Below are positions 40,101 to 47,867 of a stretch of 61,249 nucleotides of DNA, in pieces (positions within the stretch are counted from its first letter, which is position 1; every line of letters begins with the position of its first letter). The stretch spans positions 1 to 61,249 of the forward strand of contig CAZHBL010000001.1 in NCBI GenBank assembly GCA_964530105.1, given 5' to 3'. The notes beneath the pieces were generated by a model that saw only the letters and a program-made list of their open reading frames with translations, was not told where the DNA came from and searched no databases. A program made the position numbers and the translations under genes. This DNA comes from an uncultured Pirellulales bacterium (GTDB taxonomy: Bacteria; Planctomycetota; Phycisphaerae; Sedimentisphaerales; Anaerobacaceae).

Positions 40101-42142
40101 ACCAATGGGGTTGGGCAACGCGACCGCATATCTGGGGCAGTGGTGCGGTCATGCCGGCCATCATGGGAGATTGGCCGACATACGACGAGCGTCTGTTCTC
40201 CGGAAGGATCTACCCAATAGAGAATTCACTGTTGTGCGGGCGGAACCAGGCTTATGACCTGTGCTTTGAATTGCTAACCGAACAATCGTGGGTCAGTTGG
40301 GACCAGCCTTTTACCGACGTTCGCGAATGGCAGGACTACTCGGACGATAAGTCCATGGCTCTGGAGTCGGAAGAAGGTGGGCTGCTGATATCACGCGAGG
40401 TTGTCGATGACTGGCCATGCGAGCTTCTGGATCCCGTCACTGCAATTGTTTGGAACGGCTCATATATCGGGTACGGATATGAAGCGTGTAAATGTGAAGA
40501 AGTTCCAGAGCCGCGCAGGCCCGACTATTTCCTGCTGTCAATTCGGGATAATACACCGGGGTCTGACACGGAGCATGATAATCATCCCGGCGAAAAAATC
40601 TGGGAATTCAGAGCGGAAAACTACGATGAAGTCCTGGTTGGCTATGACCGAAATCCTGATGGTGAATCGAATGAGCCGGTATTCCGCTATTCCGTGAGGT
40701 TGCCGGAAGAAGCATGGTTCCGGCAAGATACACCGGAAAACATCTACTGGTTCAGTGTCGTAGCAGTGTTCAGAGAATCTTCCGGAGAAATCCCCTACGA
40801 CTGGGGCTGGACTCATCGCAGTCATACTTTCGGCAGCCCTGCCCTTTCTATCGACTCCGGAACTGAGGCAACATCTCAATGGCAGACACTGCTCGATTCG
40901 ACCGGACGATCTGTTGATATGTCATTCACACTCTCTACGACACCTGAACAGCGGTCCCCGACCGGTCAAGTCTATTATTCCAAATCCACCGATAACGGAG
41001 CGATGTTTGAACCAGGGGCAATAATCAATAATACCTCTGCGGAACCGGCCCCCCGGATTAATCCGGCGATAGCCGTAGATGACCAAGGAATAATTCATGT
41101 GGTCTGGGAGGATTACGGAACGGATCCTGCTCTCGCTAACATCATGTATGCAAAGAGCATGAATGACGGCATGAGCTTTGACGAGAGCGTCATGGTTGAT
41201 GATGCAATCACAGTTTCGACCCATCAGGCAAAACCGCAAATCGCAGTGGACATCGATGGGGTCATCCATGTGGCTTGGGAGGATTACAGACGCGATTCGC
41301 GACTTGGTGATATCTATTACGCAAAAAGCACCGATGGCGGCATGACATTCGGCGATGATGTGTGCGTTGATGACCTGATCACTATTACCAGCCGGCAAAT
41401 CAATCCCGTGATAGCGGTTGACAGCCGGAGGATTATCCACGTGGCGTGGGAAGACTACAGGGACAACGCCGAATTTGGAAATATCTACTATGCAAAGAGC
41501 ACTGACGGAGGACAGACATTCGGCACAGACATACGGATCGATGATATTTTTACAGACACGACACATCAGTGCAATCCGGCTATTGCTACAGATCCTCTTG
41601 GGACCGTGTTCATCGTCTGGGAAGACTACAGGAACGCTCCACATTTGGGTGATATATACTGTGCGCGGAGCACCGATGGCGGCGAAACCTTCCAAGAGAA
41701 CCTGATTGTTGACGATCTGATTACCATTACACATCGCCAAATACGTCCCGCCGTAGCCGTGGACAATCAAGGGATTGTCTATGTCGTGTGGGAAGATTAC
41801 AGAGACAATACGGAATTAGGTAACATCTATTGTGCAAGAAGTATGGATCATGGTCAGACGTTCGAGGATGACGTCATGGTTGACGCAATATATACGCACA
41901 CGACCCATCAGGCCAATCCGGCCATCGCAACGGCTGGACAAGGGCTCGTGCACATTGTATGGGAGGACTATCGAGATAATCCCGAGCACGCGAACATCTA
42001 CCATTCAATGAGCTTGGACGAGGGCAAGACATTCGGCGAAGATTTGGTTGTTAATGAACGTGGCCCTATGACATCATCCCGGCATAATCCGGCGATAGCT
42101 GTAGATAAGTTTGGTGTCGTGCATCTCGTTTGGCAGGAATAG
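34151..42142 (+). CDS. Giant secreted multidomain surface/adhesin-like protein (2663 aa)
   Basis: Signal peptide. CarboxypepD_reg-like domain. Cadherin-like domain (PVAKDDSATTPQDTAVDIDVLYNDNDPDGDPL...TDTATVTVTV). About 8 SdrD-B/Cna-B-like units (G.K(F/Y/W)NDLN.NG..D..EPGL.GW.I.L). Two prealbumin-like IK(E/D)ATP.DDTPF modules. Three GEVED domains (FGDAPD..Y....G..H ... ARFRFSS ... GEVEDY). Two tandem unassigned ~200-aa modules (KWSQPP.../SWDQPF...). C-terminal 7-repeat BNR-like propeller (Y(Y/C)A(K/R)S.DGG.TF ... NPAIAVD..G.(I/V)H(V/I)VWEDYR). Confidence 0.9.
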   Translation: MKRKLHLSGLTWILLVLGFSTTIRAQTLSGRVYEGEYLSEPPTAKGLTGVTVTLYGSNNSGQRGTYITSTTTGSDGWYGLEAEQGYEFYTIVCGGKSGYSFQGSSSVSGSASGEEIQYSLPLAGKTLTGNKFWYTSNTPPPTNNPPVAKDDSATTPQDTAVDIDVLYNDNDPDGDPLHINSATDPPHGTTVNHGSNITYTPDSGFTGTDTFDYIAGDGKGGTDTATVTVTVDEGGEPPTGTGILDGYKRDADTGAGLENWRIFIDLNGNGTWDPREPSAITNTDGYYQITDVEPGTYRVCEQMQDGWEGDQPCVEGVTIVEGTMTTQDFYNRRTEGPAGEYIINGVKYNDLNDNGIKDPNEPGLGGWRITLEDGDHNLLATATTDYNGQYTLTITEPGTYIVDEVQQPGWRQTDPVGADGEPSAQYFLFSELPEPYAVMDYIDFGNHREETPEGQDYTSDVCFNVEITTPTGTVEKLTLTGPMTQRVDVGPNGEASDMGGNGREEVITELVSLNLFGIDPIVGQVRMSLNANMASFGQIEERANNTPGVLDIPPFTATGDADSFIDVFFQLEVGGTVFLTNQPIRLTAIITHLPPVDDYSDISQTKVELLDQNGQPTGYQLSSITSCQEAPLEGAGTILGVKFNDLNGNGQRDIGEPGLPGWQIMLEDIEDPGRKVLATTTTDSNGLYTFTGLEVGWYLIEEEQKPGWKQTYPGLGQGAPCAWAVLPLQLMPDFDYYDFNFGNHWTGTEPPEGAGSIRGVKFNDLNENGRKDADEPGLSGWKITLMDNDGFVLATTTTNRNGEYQFDNLEPGTYGVSEEDKQDWFQTFPAEKHYSGVRLSQGEVLMDMDFGNHWTGTEPPGGDGGGSVVVIKEATPADDTPFLFCANFRPGGFFDTLCAYLTDPSNNTWTINNPNRLQKVGETVPAGWILTDITITGDTDNGSLVHVFNHFVDVDYDEGENIVITFKNKKTGEGQYDFGDAPDPTYPTLLVNNGARHRIDPTMYLGSSIDPEMDGQPTSTADGDNTGGANDEDGVTMPSIITAGQSIPINVVASSAGTLNAWIDFNINGDWADPGEHFIAAQPVVPGTNTFTLIVPASVQPGQSFARFRFSSERDIGFDGEAPDGEVEDYAVAIQEPGRGSLTIIKDATPKDDTPFWISVVYGSMGGAGPYRDPSSNRSTLTNGPSGTYYIGEAVTSGWILKDIVVTGDTDNGTTVDLNQGFVNVDLDDGEAITVVFKNEKTGNVEWDFGDAPDSYKTYHASGGPYHDVGQVMFGSSVDAETDGQPGPLADTDSDDGISFPLGLEVNKFAIVLLNVNAPSGVLTGIEGWIDYDQSQTFETDELFVTTYHIGVGVPVFQAEIIQVPGDAVPGWTYARFRIHNKDFSAGGLSPTGYGSEGEVEDYRVEIKAEGTPAPPGAIIGGIKFNDLNDNEVWDTNEPALPGWTIWLDANQNGIEDAGDQYTKTDTSGYFQFVGLAAGQYLVGEVQQTDWTQTAPVGGTITVTVGPNAPSLGILFGNRQSGGPTYDGRICGSKWNDLNGDSIPDANEPFLAGWNIYLDINHNGRWDIGEPSQTTDATGFFEFTGLAVGSYTVAEEMKSGWKQTWPGGTETHIISVQSTQVQPECVMFGNQQIGTGLSLDWGDAPDPNYPTLRAGNGAYHVIVPGIFLGGGVDPDADGQPAPDARGDDSDGSDDEDGVFFISPLMPGQQAEVEVIASSAGYLDASIDFDADGSWSQASDQIFTSEPILAGSNILYFQVPSSIAIDIDTYARFRFSSAGGLAPDGPAQDGEVEDYHILLGENGPGVPGEEEMPHVKWSQPPIEIDPNINVPPVFCGWNEPARSTEQSGQIRQWRMDADDFRCLGPIPVTRIRWWGGYKAWASPGPPELQPTTWHIGFWANQINGIDQNELFPERMVWSLEIPAERVHFEPVGLNEFPEKQPEICFVYEVELEPEEWFHQTEFESNDDVFWISITAIYPADAEPVNQWGWATRPHIWGSGAVMPAIMGDWPTYDERLFSGRIYPIENSLLCGRNQAYDLCFELLTEQSWVSWDQPFTDVREWQDYSDDKSMALESEEGGLLISREVVDDWPCELLDPVTAIVWNGSYIGYGYEACKCEEVPEPRRPDYFLLSIRDNTPGSDTEHDNHPGEKIWEFRAENYDEVLVGYDRNPDGESNEPVFRYSVRLPEEAWFRQDTPENIYWFSVVAVFRESSGEIPYDWGWTHRSHTFGSPALSIDSGTEATSQWQTLLDSTGRSVDMSFTLSTTPEQRSPTGQVYYSKSTDNGAMFEPGAIINNTSAEPAPRINPAIAVDDQGIIHVVWEDYGTDPALANIMYAKSMNDGMSFDESVMVDDAITVSTHQAKPQIAVDIDGVIHVAWEDYRRDSRLGDIYYAKSTDGGMTFGDDVCVDDLITITSRQINPVIAVDSRRIIHVAWEDYRDNAEFGNIYYAKSTDGGQTFGTDIRIDDIFTDTTHQCNPAIATDPLGTVFIVWEDYRNAPHLGDIYCARSTDGGETFQENLIVDDLITITHRQIRPAVAVDNQGIVYVVWEDYRDNTELGNIYCARSMDHGQTFEDDVMVDAIYTHTTHQANPAIATAGQGLVHIVWEDYRDNPEHANIYHSMSLDEGKTFGEDLVVNERGPMTSSRHNPAIAVDKFGVVHLVWQE

Positions 42143-42186
42143 ATCACCGTACATCGTCAGCAGAAATGAGCAAAAAGTTCATTAAG

Positions 42187-42936
42187 TTAGTAATCAATTT
42201 GAGCAGGAGCTTTTCTGCCCGAGCGAATTACGCACGCTACCAGTGATGCTTCCATTATCGCATCGCCCGCAATGAAGACACCTGGTCGGCTTGTCATACA
42301 TGAGCTATCTTGCTTTTCATGACTTCTTTCACCAATCTCCAAATCAAACTGGCTAACCATGTCGTTATTTGGAACACGTAGGAAACCAATCGCCAACAAA
42401 ACAATGTCCGCTTTCATTGTGAATTCAGTTCCAGGTGTCTCTTGTATTTTCCAGCCGTTAGGTCCTTTAATCCATTCCACCTCCGAACAGCGTAGCTCAC
42501 CAACTCTTGTCCCCACACCAGATATTTCATTTGTTTGAATACACCAGCGCCGAATACATCCCTCTTCATGTGAAGTAGAAGTCCGTGAGATATTTGGCCA
42601 ACTTGGCCAGGGTGTATCAGATGGTCGGTCACCAGGCGACTTTGGAAATATTTCGAACTGGTATATTTCTCTTGCACCTTGACGTCGTGCCATGCCAACA
42701 CAATCACTACCTGTGTCACCTCCACCAATAACGACTGCGATCTTTTCCTTCGCTGAAATAACTTGTTCAGGATTAATCTTTTCGCCGGCGGCGATTTTGT
42801 TTTCCTGTTTCAAATAATCGGTAGCAAAGAGGGCATTATCAAGATGCCCCCCCGGTATTAGAAGGTCTCTTGGTGTCTCGGATCCAATCGTCCATGTCCC
42901 CCCAGAGTCTGGAGGTGTCTGATGCAGAAACGGCAT
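42187..42936 (-). pseudogene. gltD: N-terminally truncated glutamate-synthase small-subunit-like (GltD family) oxidoreductase
   Basis: The 249-aa ORF matches only the C-terminal half of GltD-type proteins (PRDLLIPGG.., VVIGGGDTGSDCVGMARRQGA, PWPSWPNISRTSTSHEEG, FIAGDA..). The Fe-S and first Rossmann regions are absent, and the terminal consensus is degraded (EASLVACVI where GQSLVVWAI is expected). The sequence upstream is AT-rich with no homology. Confidence 0.55.
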
Positions 42937-43316
42937 ATTATATAAATGCTTTTGATAACAGAAGACAAGAGATTAATCGTTGAAAATGTCGACCAAGGTG
43001 TGATGGTGCAAATGGGAGTCGTTCGTAAAAAAGACAAGTAATATGCTATCAATAATACAAAAAACGATATTGCTTTGTGTAGAGATTTTTTATATACTTG
43101 ATTTTAATAAAAGCACAATTGCAGGGCTGAGGTTATCTCGCTTTTTCCTCTCCCTCCGCACCTCAGCCCTGTATCCTTCTTCTGATCGAGTCGGAATTTC
43201 TGTATGCTTTTCCTGGTGCCGTTGTTCACAATTTGTTTACTCCTGAGAAACAATACAATAAAAGGCCCTTTCATGTAACAGGACCTTTTCAATTAATGCA
43301 AGTCTTACTGTACGAC

Positions 43317-43519
43317 TTACACCGGATTTACGTTGGTCGCACACGGGCCTTTCTTGCCCTCTCCGATTTCAAACTCGACCTTCTGGCCATCCTTAAGCGA
43401 AGCAACCATCGATTTTAATCTCCGAATAGTGAACAAAACAAATCATTTCCACCGTTATCTGGTACAATAAAGCCGAATCCCTTTTTTGCATTAAACCATT
43501 TTACTGTGCCTGTACTCAC
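43317..43519 (-). pseudogene. Cold-shock protein (CspA family) gene disrupted by two frameshifts
   Basis: From a GTG start: [28 protein letters not shown], then the frame breaks (C S L F G D *). The +1 frame gives [10 protein letters not shown]; a further shift gives ASLKDGQKVEFEIGEGKKGPCATNVNPV*. The locus is 203 nt, not a multiple of 3. An extra T lies in a T-run (GATTTGTTTTGTTCAC), and 2 nt appear to be missing at GATGGTT^GCTTCG. Confidence 0.65.
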
Positions 43520-43913
43520 GTCTTTGCCTCCTGGGCCTGCTTCCAGGCCACTCCACTGATATCTCTTATTTCTTTAAACCTGGAAGTATACTCCTGAGAG
43601 ATAAAAGAATAAAACTTCCCAAACAGTTCATTTAGTATAATGACTTTTTTTCCGAAAAATAATAAAAAATCCGGCTTGAATTATAGACAATTATGTGGAT
43701 ATGGATAAAATGAATGACATAGGCAATTGTATTAAAGCCCCTGTCCGTTTATATGAAGGAGGAGTAAAAAACAGGGGCTTGTTTTTTAAGTTTATGATGC
43801 TATGGGGCAATGGAAAAGAGGTGATCTCTATCGATATTTGTGATTAACTGGTACTATTACTGTTAGTCAATAAGCCTAAAAACATAATTTAAATGGATTG
43901 AAAGGAGAAGAAA

Positions 43914-46235
43914 ATGCCCAGAATATATCCGTCCTTATTGTCTTTTGCGTTGATGCTTTCAGTAACAGTAGTAAGTTCATCTGTGCTTCTCGCGGTCGAA
44001 AAGAAGCTTCCTGTCGATTATGTGGACCCGATACTGGGAACAGCAAGTTCAAGGTGGATGCTTTATCCTGGCCCGAGTATGCCTTTTAGTATGGTTAAAC
44101 TAAGCCCTGACAATCAAAAACAAAGCTGGAAGGCTGGGTATGAGTATACGATAGAGAACATCGCCGGCTTCAGTCACATTCATTCGTGGACGATGGCCGG
44201 CCTGCTGACAATGCCAATTACAGGAAAACTTCAGATATTCCCTGGGCCGGAGAGTGATCCTGATAAAGGGTACAGATCAAGATTCAGCCACGATACCGAG
44301 GCTGCATCTCCGGGATATTATGCCGTGACTCTTGAAGATTACGGCATTCGGGCAGAGTTGACTTCGACAACCAGAGCCGGTTTTCAGCGATATACGTTTC
44401 CAGAGGCGGACGAAGCCTATATTCTATTCGACCTCAAATTCCCCACAGAGTATGGGTTCGAAGTACTGGATGCCTGCATCGAAAAGGTCAGTGATTCAGA
44501 AATCAGAGGTTATTCGAAACAACAGGCGGGAAGATACGCTAAATGGAACGAGTATACCGTTCACTTTGTCGTAAAGTTCAGCAGGCCTTTCAATTCCTTT
44601 GGAGGTTGGACGGGCAATACGATTCATCAAGCTGTCAATAAAGTTGCCGGTGACGGGGACGTTGGCGCTTTTGTGCGTTATTCGACATCCAAAGGTGAAG
44701 TCATCAAGATAAAGACCGGGATTTCACTTGTAAGTATTGACCAGGCCGCCCTGAATCTGGAAACGGAGATGTCACGATTTGGATGGGATTTTGACGCCGT
44801 TAGAAATCATGCCCGCAGCACGTGGAATGATTTGTTGAGTAAAATCGAGGTTGAGGGAGGCTCTGAAACCGACCTAATTAAGTTCTACACCAATCTGTAC
44901 CGCTCCTATTGTGCGCGGACAATTTGGAGCGATGTGAACGGAAAATACGTGGATATGTATGAGAGTGTCCAACAACTGCAAGACCCGGACTCACCTGTAT
45001 ACGGTTGTGATGCTTTCTGGAATACTTTCTGGAATCTGAACCAGTTGTGGACATTGGTCACGCCGGACATAGCAAATAAGTGGGTCAAGTCCCTGCTGGA
45101 AATATATGATCGAGGAGGATGGTTGCCAAAAGGCCCTACGGGCATCGAGTATTCCAGCATTATGGTGGCATCGCACGAGATAGCGCTAATCGTGAGCGCC
45201 TATCAAAAGGGGATCCGGAATTTCGATGTTGAAAAAGCATACAAAGCCATGAAGCATATTCAAACCACCCCGGGCCAACCCCACGAAGGTGGCGGCTATG
45301 TTGGCAACCACCAGTTGAAATCCTATATGGAGCTTGGATATGTGCCAGTGGAAAATGGACCTGTGTCCAACACTCTGGAGTATGCTTACGATGATTGGTG
45401 CGTTGCTCAAATGGCGCAAGCTCTTGGCAAGAAAGACGACACCGAGTATTTCACAAAAAGGGCGGCAAACTACAAAAATGTCTTCGACCCTTCCGTCGGA
45501 TACATGCATCAGAAGCACCGGGATGGTTCATGGGTTAAGGACTTTTCTCCGTTTTCGGGTAAGGGTTTTGTGGAGGGCAATTCGTGGCAGTACACGTGGT
45601 TTGCTCCTCACGATGTCAAAGGGATTTTGAATCTGCTGGGCCGGGAACAATTCAATAACAGATTGGAGGATGGTTTTGAGAAATCCCGGAAAAGCAACTT
45701 CAATGCAACTAATGACAGGTTCGAAGATTTTCCCATCAACCACGGGAATCAGCCGAACATGCAGGCGGCCTGGCTTTTCAACTTCTCAGGTGCTCCGTGG
45801 TTAACACAGAAGTGGGTCCGCGAGATATTGGATCACTATTACGGCACCGGTCCAATTGACGGCTATCCGGGAGATGAGGATCAAGGCCAGATGGGAGCCT
45901 GGTATGTGATGAGTGCTATGGGACTTTTCGAGATGAATGGAGGTACGGCGGTCGAACCCACCTATGAGGTCGCAAGCCCCATATTTAATAAGATCACTAT
46001 TCATCTTGATGACAAATACTACAAAGGTGGCAATTTTGTAATCGAGGCTAAGAACAACCCAGGCAAAAATAAATACATCCAGTCGGCAATGCTTGACGGA
46101 AAGCCTTTGAACAAACCTTGGTTTTACCATCAGGAGCTTGTGGATGGCGGTAAGTTAGTTCTTCAAATGGGTCCCGAGCCGAACAAACAGTGGGGCAGCG
46201 CACCCGATGAGGCTCCACCATCTATGACGAAGTAG
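43914..46235 (+). CDS. Glycoside hydrolase family 92 (alpha-mannosidase)
   Basis: 773 aa with a signal peptide. GH92 N-terminal signature VDPILGT...YPGPSMPFSMVKLSPDN. Later conserved blocks (GFSHIHSWTMAG, EYAYDDWCVAQMA, GNQPNMQAAWLFNFSG). Good RBS: GAAAGGAGAAGAAAATG. Confidence 0.9.
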   Translation: MPRIYPSLLSFALMLSVTVVSSSVLLAVEKKLPVDYVDPILGTASSRWMLYPGPSMPFSMVKLSPDNQKQSWKAGYEYTIENIAGFSHIHSWTMAGLLTMPITGKLQIFPGPESDPDKGYRSRFSHDTEAASPGYYAVTLEDYGIRAELTSTTRAGFQRYTFPEADEAYILFDLKFPTEYGFEVLDACIEKVSDSEIRGYSKQQAGRYAKWNEYTVHFVVKFSRPFNSFGGWTGNTIHQAVNKVAGDGDVGAFVRYSTSKGEVIKIKTGISLVSIDQAALNLETEMSRFGWDFDAVRNHARSTWNDLLSKIEVEGGSETDLIKFYTNLYRSYCARTIWSDVNGKYVDMYESVQQLQDPDSPVYGCDAFWNTFWNLNQLWTLVTPDIANKWVKSLLEIYDRGGWLPKGPTGIEYSSIMVASHEIALIVSAYQKGIRNFDVEKAYKAMKHIQTTPGQPHEGGGYVGNHQLKSYMELGYVPVENGPVSNTLEYAYDDWCVAQMAQALGKKDDTEYFTKRAANYKNVFDPSVGYMHQKHRDGSWVKDFSPFSGKGFVEGNSWQYTWFAPHDVKGILNLLGREQFNNRLEDGFEKSRKSNFNATNDRFEDFPINHGNQPNMQAAWLFNFSGAPWLTQKWVREILDHYYGTGPIDGYPGDEDQGQMGAWYVMSAMGLFEMNGGTAVEPTYEVASPIFNKITIHLDDKYYKGGNFVIEAKNNPGKNKYIQSAMLDGKPLNKPWFYHQELVDGGKLVLQMGPEPNKQWGSAPDEAPPSMTK

Positions 46236-46412
46236 ACTAAGTGAACGTAATTTCTTAGACATAATAGTCCTCCTTCAAAAAAATAAACATAAGTTGCTGA
46301 TTGAAATGTAAAAATAACTGCTAACCTGAATATTTCATAGAATTTTCTGATTTTATGATGGCGCGATAGCCTAACTGTTTGTAATATTTGAAGTTATACA
46401 AAAAACACATAC

Positions 46413-46772
46413 ATGAACAGAAAGGCTATCGTTATGACAGATTGTAATCAACAAACCTTACAGTTTTCAAGTCTGAAAAGCAAAAAAATCATGGCGGATT
46501 TTAACGGAGGCAGCCTCACTTCAGATGCAGGCGCGTTGCTCTTGCGAGAGGTAGATAAGCACCTGGGCCTGATTGATGCCATCAACAATTGCATCCCCGA
46601 TCCGCGCAATCCGTTCTATACAGTGCATCAGCAAAGAACAATGCTTGCACAGCGTATATTTGGGATTGCCTTAGGATACGAAGACCTCAACGACCAGAAG
46701 GCTCTTCGGGAAGATCCGTTGTTTCAGATTGTCTCAGACATCCGTTCAAAGATTTGTTTTCGGAAGTCTTGA
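46413..46772 (+). mobile_element. IS1380-family (IS4-like DDE) transposase, N-terminal fragment only
   Basis: 119 aa: FNGGSLTSDAGALLLREVDKHLGLIDAINNCIPDPRN...HQQRTMLAQRIFGIALGYEDLNDQKALREDPLFQ. It then diverges and terminates, so the DDE catalytic domain is absent. Confidence 0.65.
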
Positions 46773-46881
46773 GACGGCTTCGAGTTTTTGAAAGGCCATT
46801 TATGTTATCAGGCTGATGTGGGCAAAATCTTGTTTTTAACCGGCATAGATTAAGTTGAGGAACTGATCGGAAAGAACTCTA

Positions 46882-47856
46882 TTAGAGAGACAGGAGTTTA
46901 TCTTCGATCCACCGCCAGGTTTGCAGATAGTCGCCTTTTGCGATGATCGCCTCAAGCTCACGGTGGTTCTGCCGCTTCAGCAACGCCCACAGCTTGTTCG
47001 TCAGGCGCACGTTCATCTCGAACGTCCCTTTGATGTCCCATCGCGTCGGGGACGTATCGGACGTCAGAAAATCATCATAACCATACTTTTGGAGATAGTA
47101 AAGAAACTCCACATAATCCAGGAGATGGTGAGTTCCCACCATAAAGTCCCAGTCCCATTTTCCGTTATTGTCATTAATATGGATGTAGTACGGAAACCTA
47201 CTATGCGCCAGGAGCGAGACCGCCTCAGCGGGATTCTCATTCCCGTACATCGAGTGACCGAAGTCCAGCGTTACCCCCATCTGGTCGATCCCAATCTCGC
47301 TTAACAGCAGCAGTGCCTTTGCGGCGGTGTCAACAAAGCACCGCCCCCGAGTCTCGCTTGGCTTGTACTCGATAAACAGCGGGATTTCTGGAAGGTAGCT
47401 GCCCGCCCGGCTGAGTGTCTCGACCAGATTCTTCCAGGCTTCGCCGTAATCGTATTGGAAGTTAAACTCATAGCCGTCCGCAAGCGGACAGCAGGTGACC
47501 TTGTCGGCGCCGACGGTTTCGGCATAGTCCTTCGCTTTTTTAATGAAGTTCACGGCCTTGGCGCGAACGTCAGCATCCGTCGAAGTAAGACTGCCATTGC
47601 GAAATTCCGGCTCGGCCTTGACGTTGACGTTCACGGCTGAGATTGCAAGCGAGTACTTTTCGAGCAATTTTTTCATTTGCTCAGGATCTTCACAGACTTC
47701 ATAGGGATAGACCGTCTCGACGCCGGAGACGCCGTCCATTGCCGAGGCCATCTGGAGACGTTCTTCCAGGGTCTTTGCCGGATTGTATTCATGAAATCGA
47801 TCCTTCGTCGTGCTTAGAAAACTTGTTATCACAGCATGTTTAATTGGTCCGTCCAT
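46882..47856 (-). CDS. Sugar phosphate isomerase/epimerase (xylose-isomerase-like TIM barrel)
   Basis: AP_endonuc_2-type pattern (..LDFGHSMY.., YYIHINDNNG.WDWD). The ATG at 47856 (MDGPIKHAV) is preceded by TAGGAGTCAAATCA. The longer ORF start at 47907 would overlap the upstream gene by 40 nt. Confidence 0.75.
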   Translation of the reverse strand: MDGPIKHAVITSFLSTTKDRFHEYNPAKTLEERLQMASAMDGVSGVETVYPYEVCEDPEQMKKLLEKYSLAISAVNVNVKAEPEFRNGSLTSTDADVRAKAVNFIKKAKDYAETVGADKVTCCPLADGYEFNFQYDYGEAWKNLVETLSRAGSYLPEIPLFIEYKPSETRGRCFVDTAAKALLLLSEIGIDQMGVTLDFGHSMYGNENPAEAVSLLAHSRFPYYIHINDNNGKWDWDFMVGTHHLLDYVEFLYYLQKYGYDDFLTSDTSPTRWDIKGTFEMNVRLTNKLWALLKRQNHRELEAIIAKGDYLQTWRWIEDKLLSL

Positions 47857-47867
47857 TGATTTGACTC

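Noticed and set aside
42858-43052. A 64-aa ORF just upstream of the gltD fragment that might have been its missing N-terminus in another frame.
   Set aside because: The translation (MIAYYLSFLRTTPICTITPW...) has no resemblance to the GltD Fe-S or Rossmann region. It is an AT-rich chance ORF.
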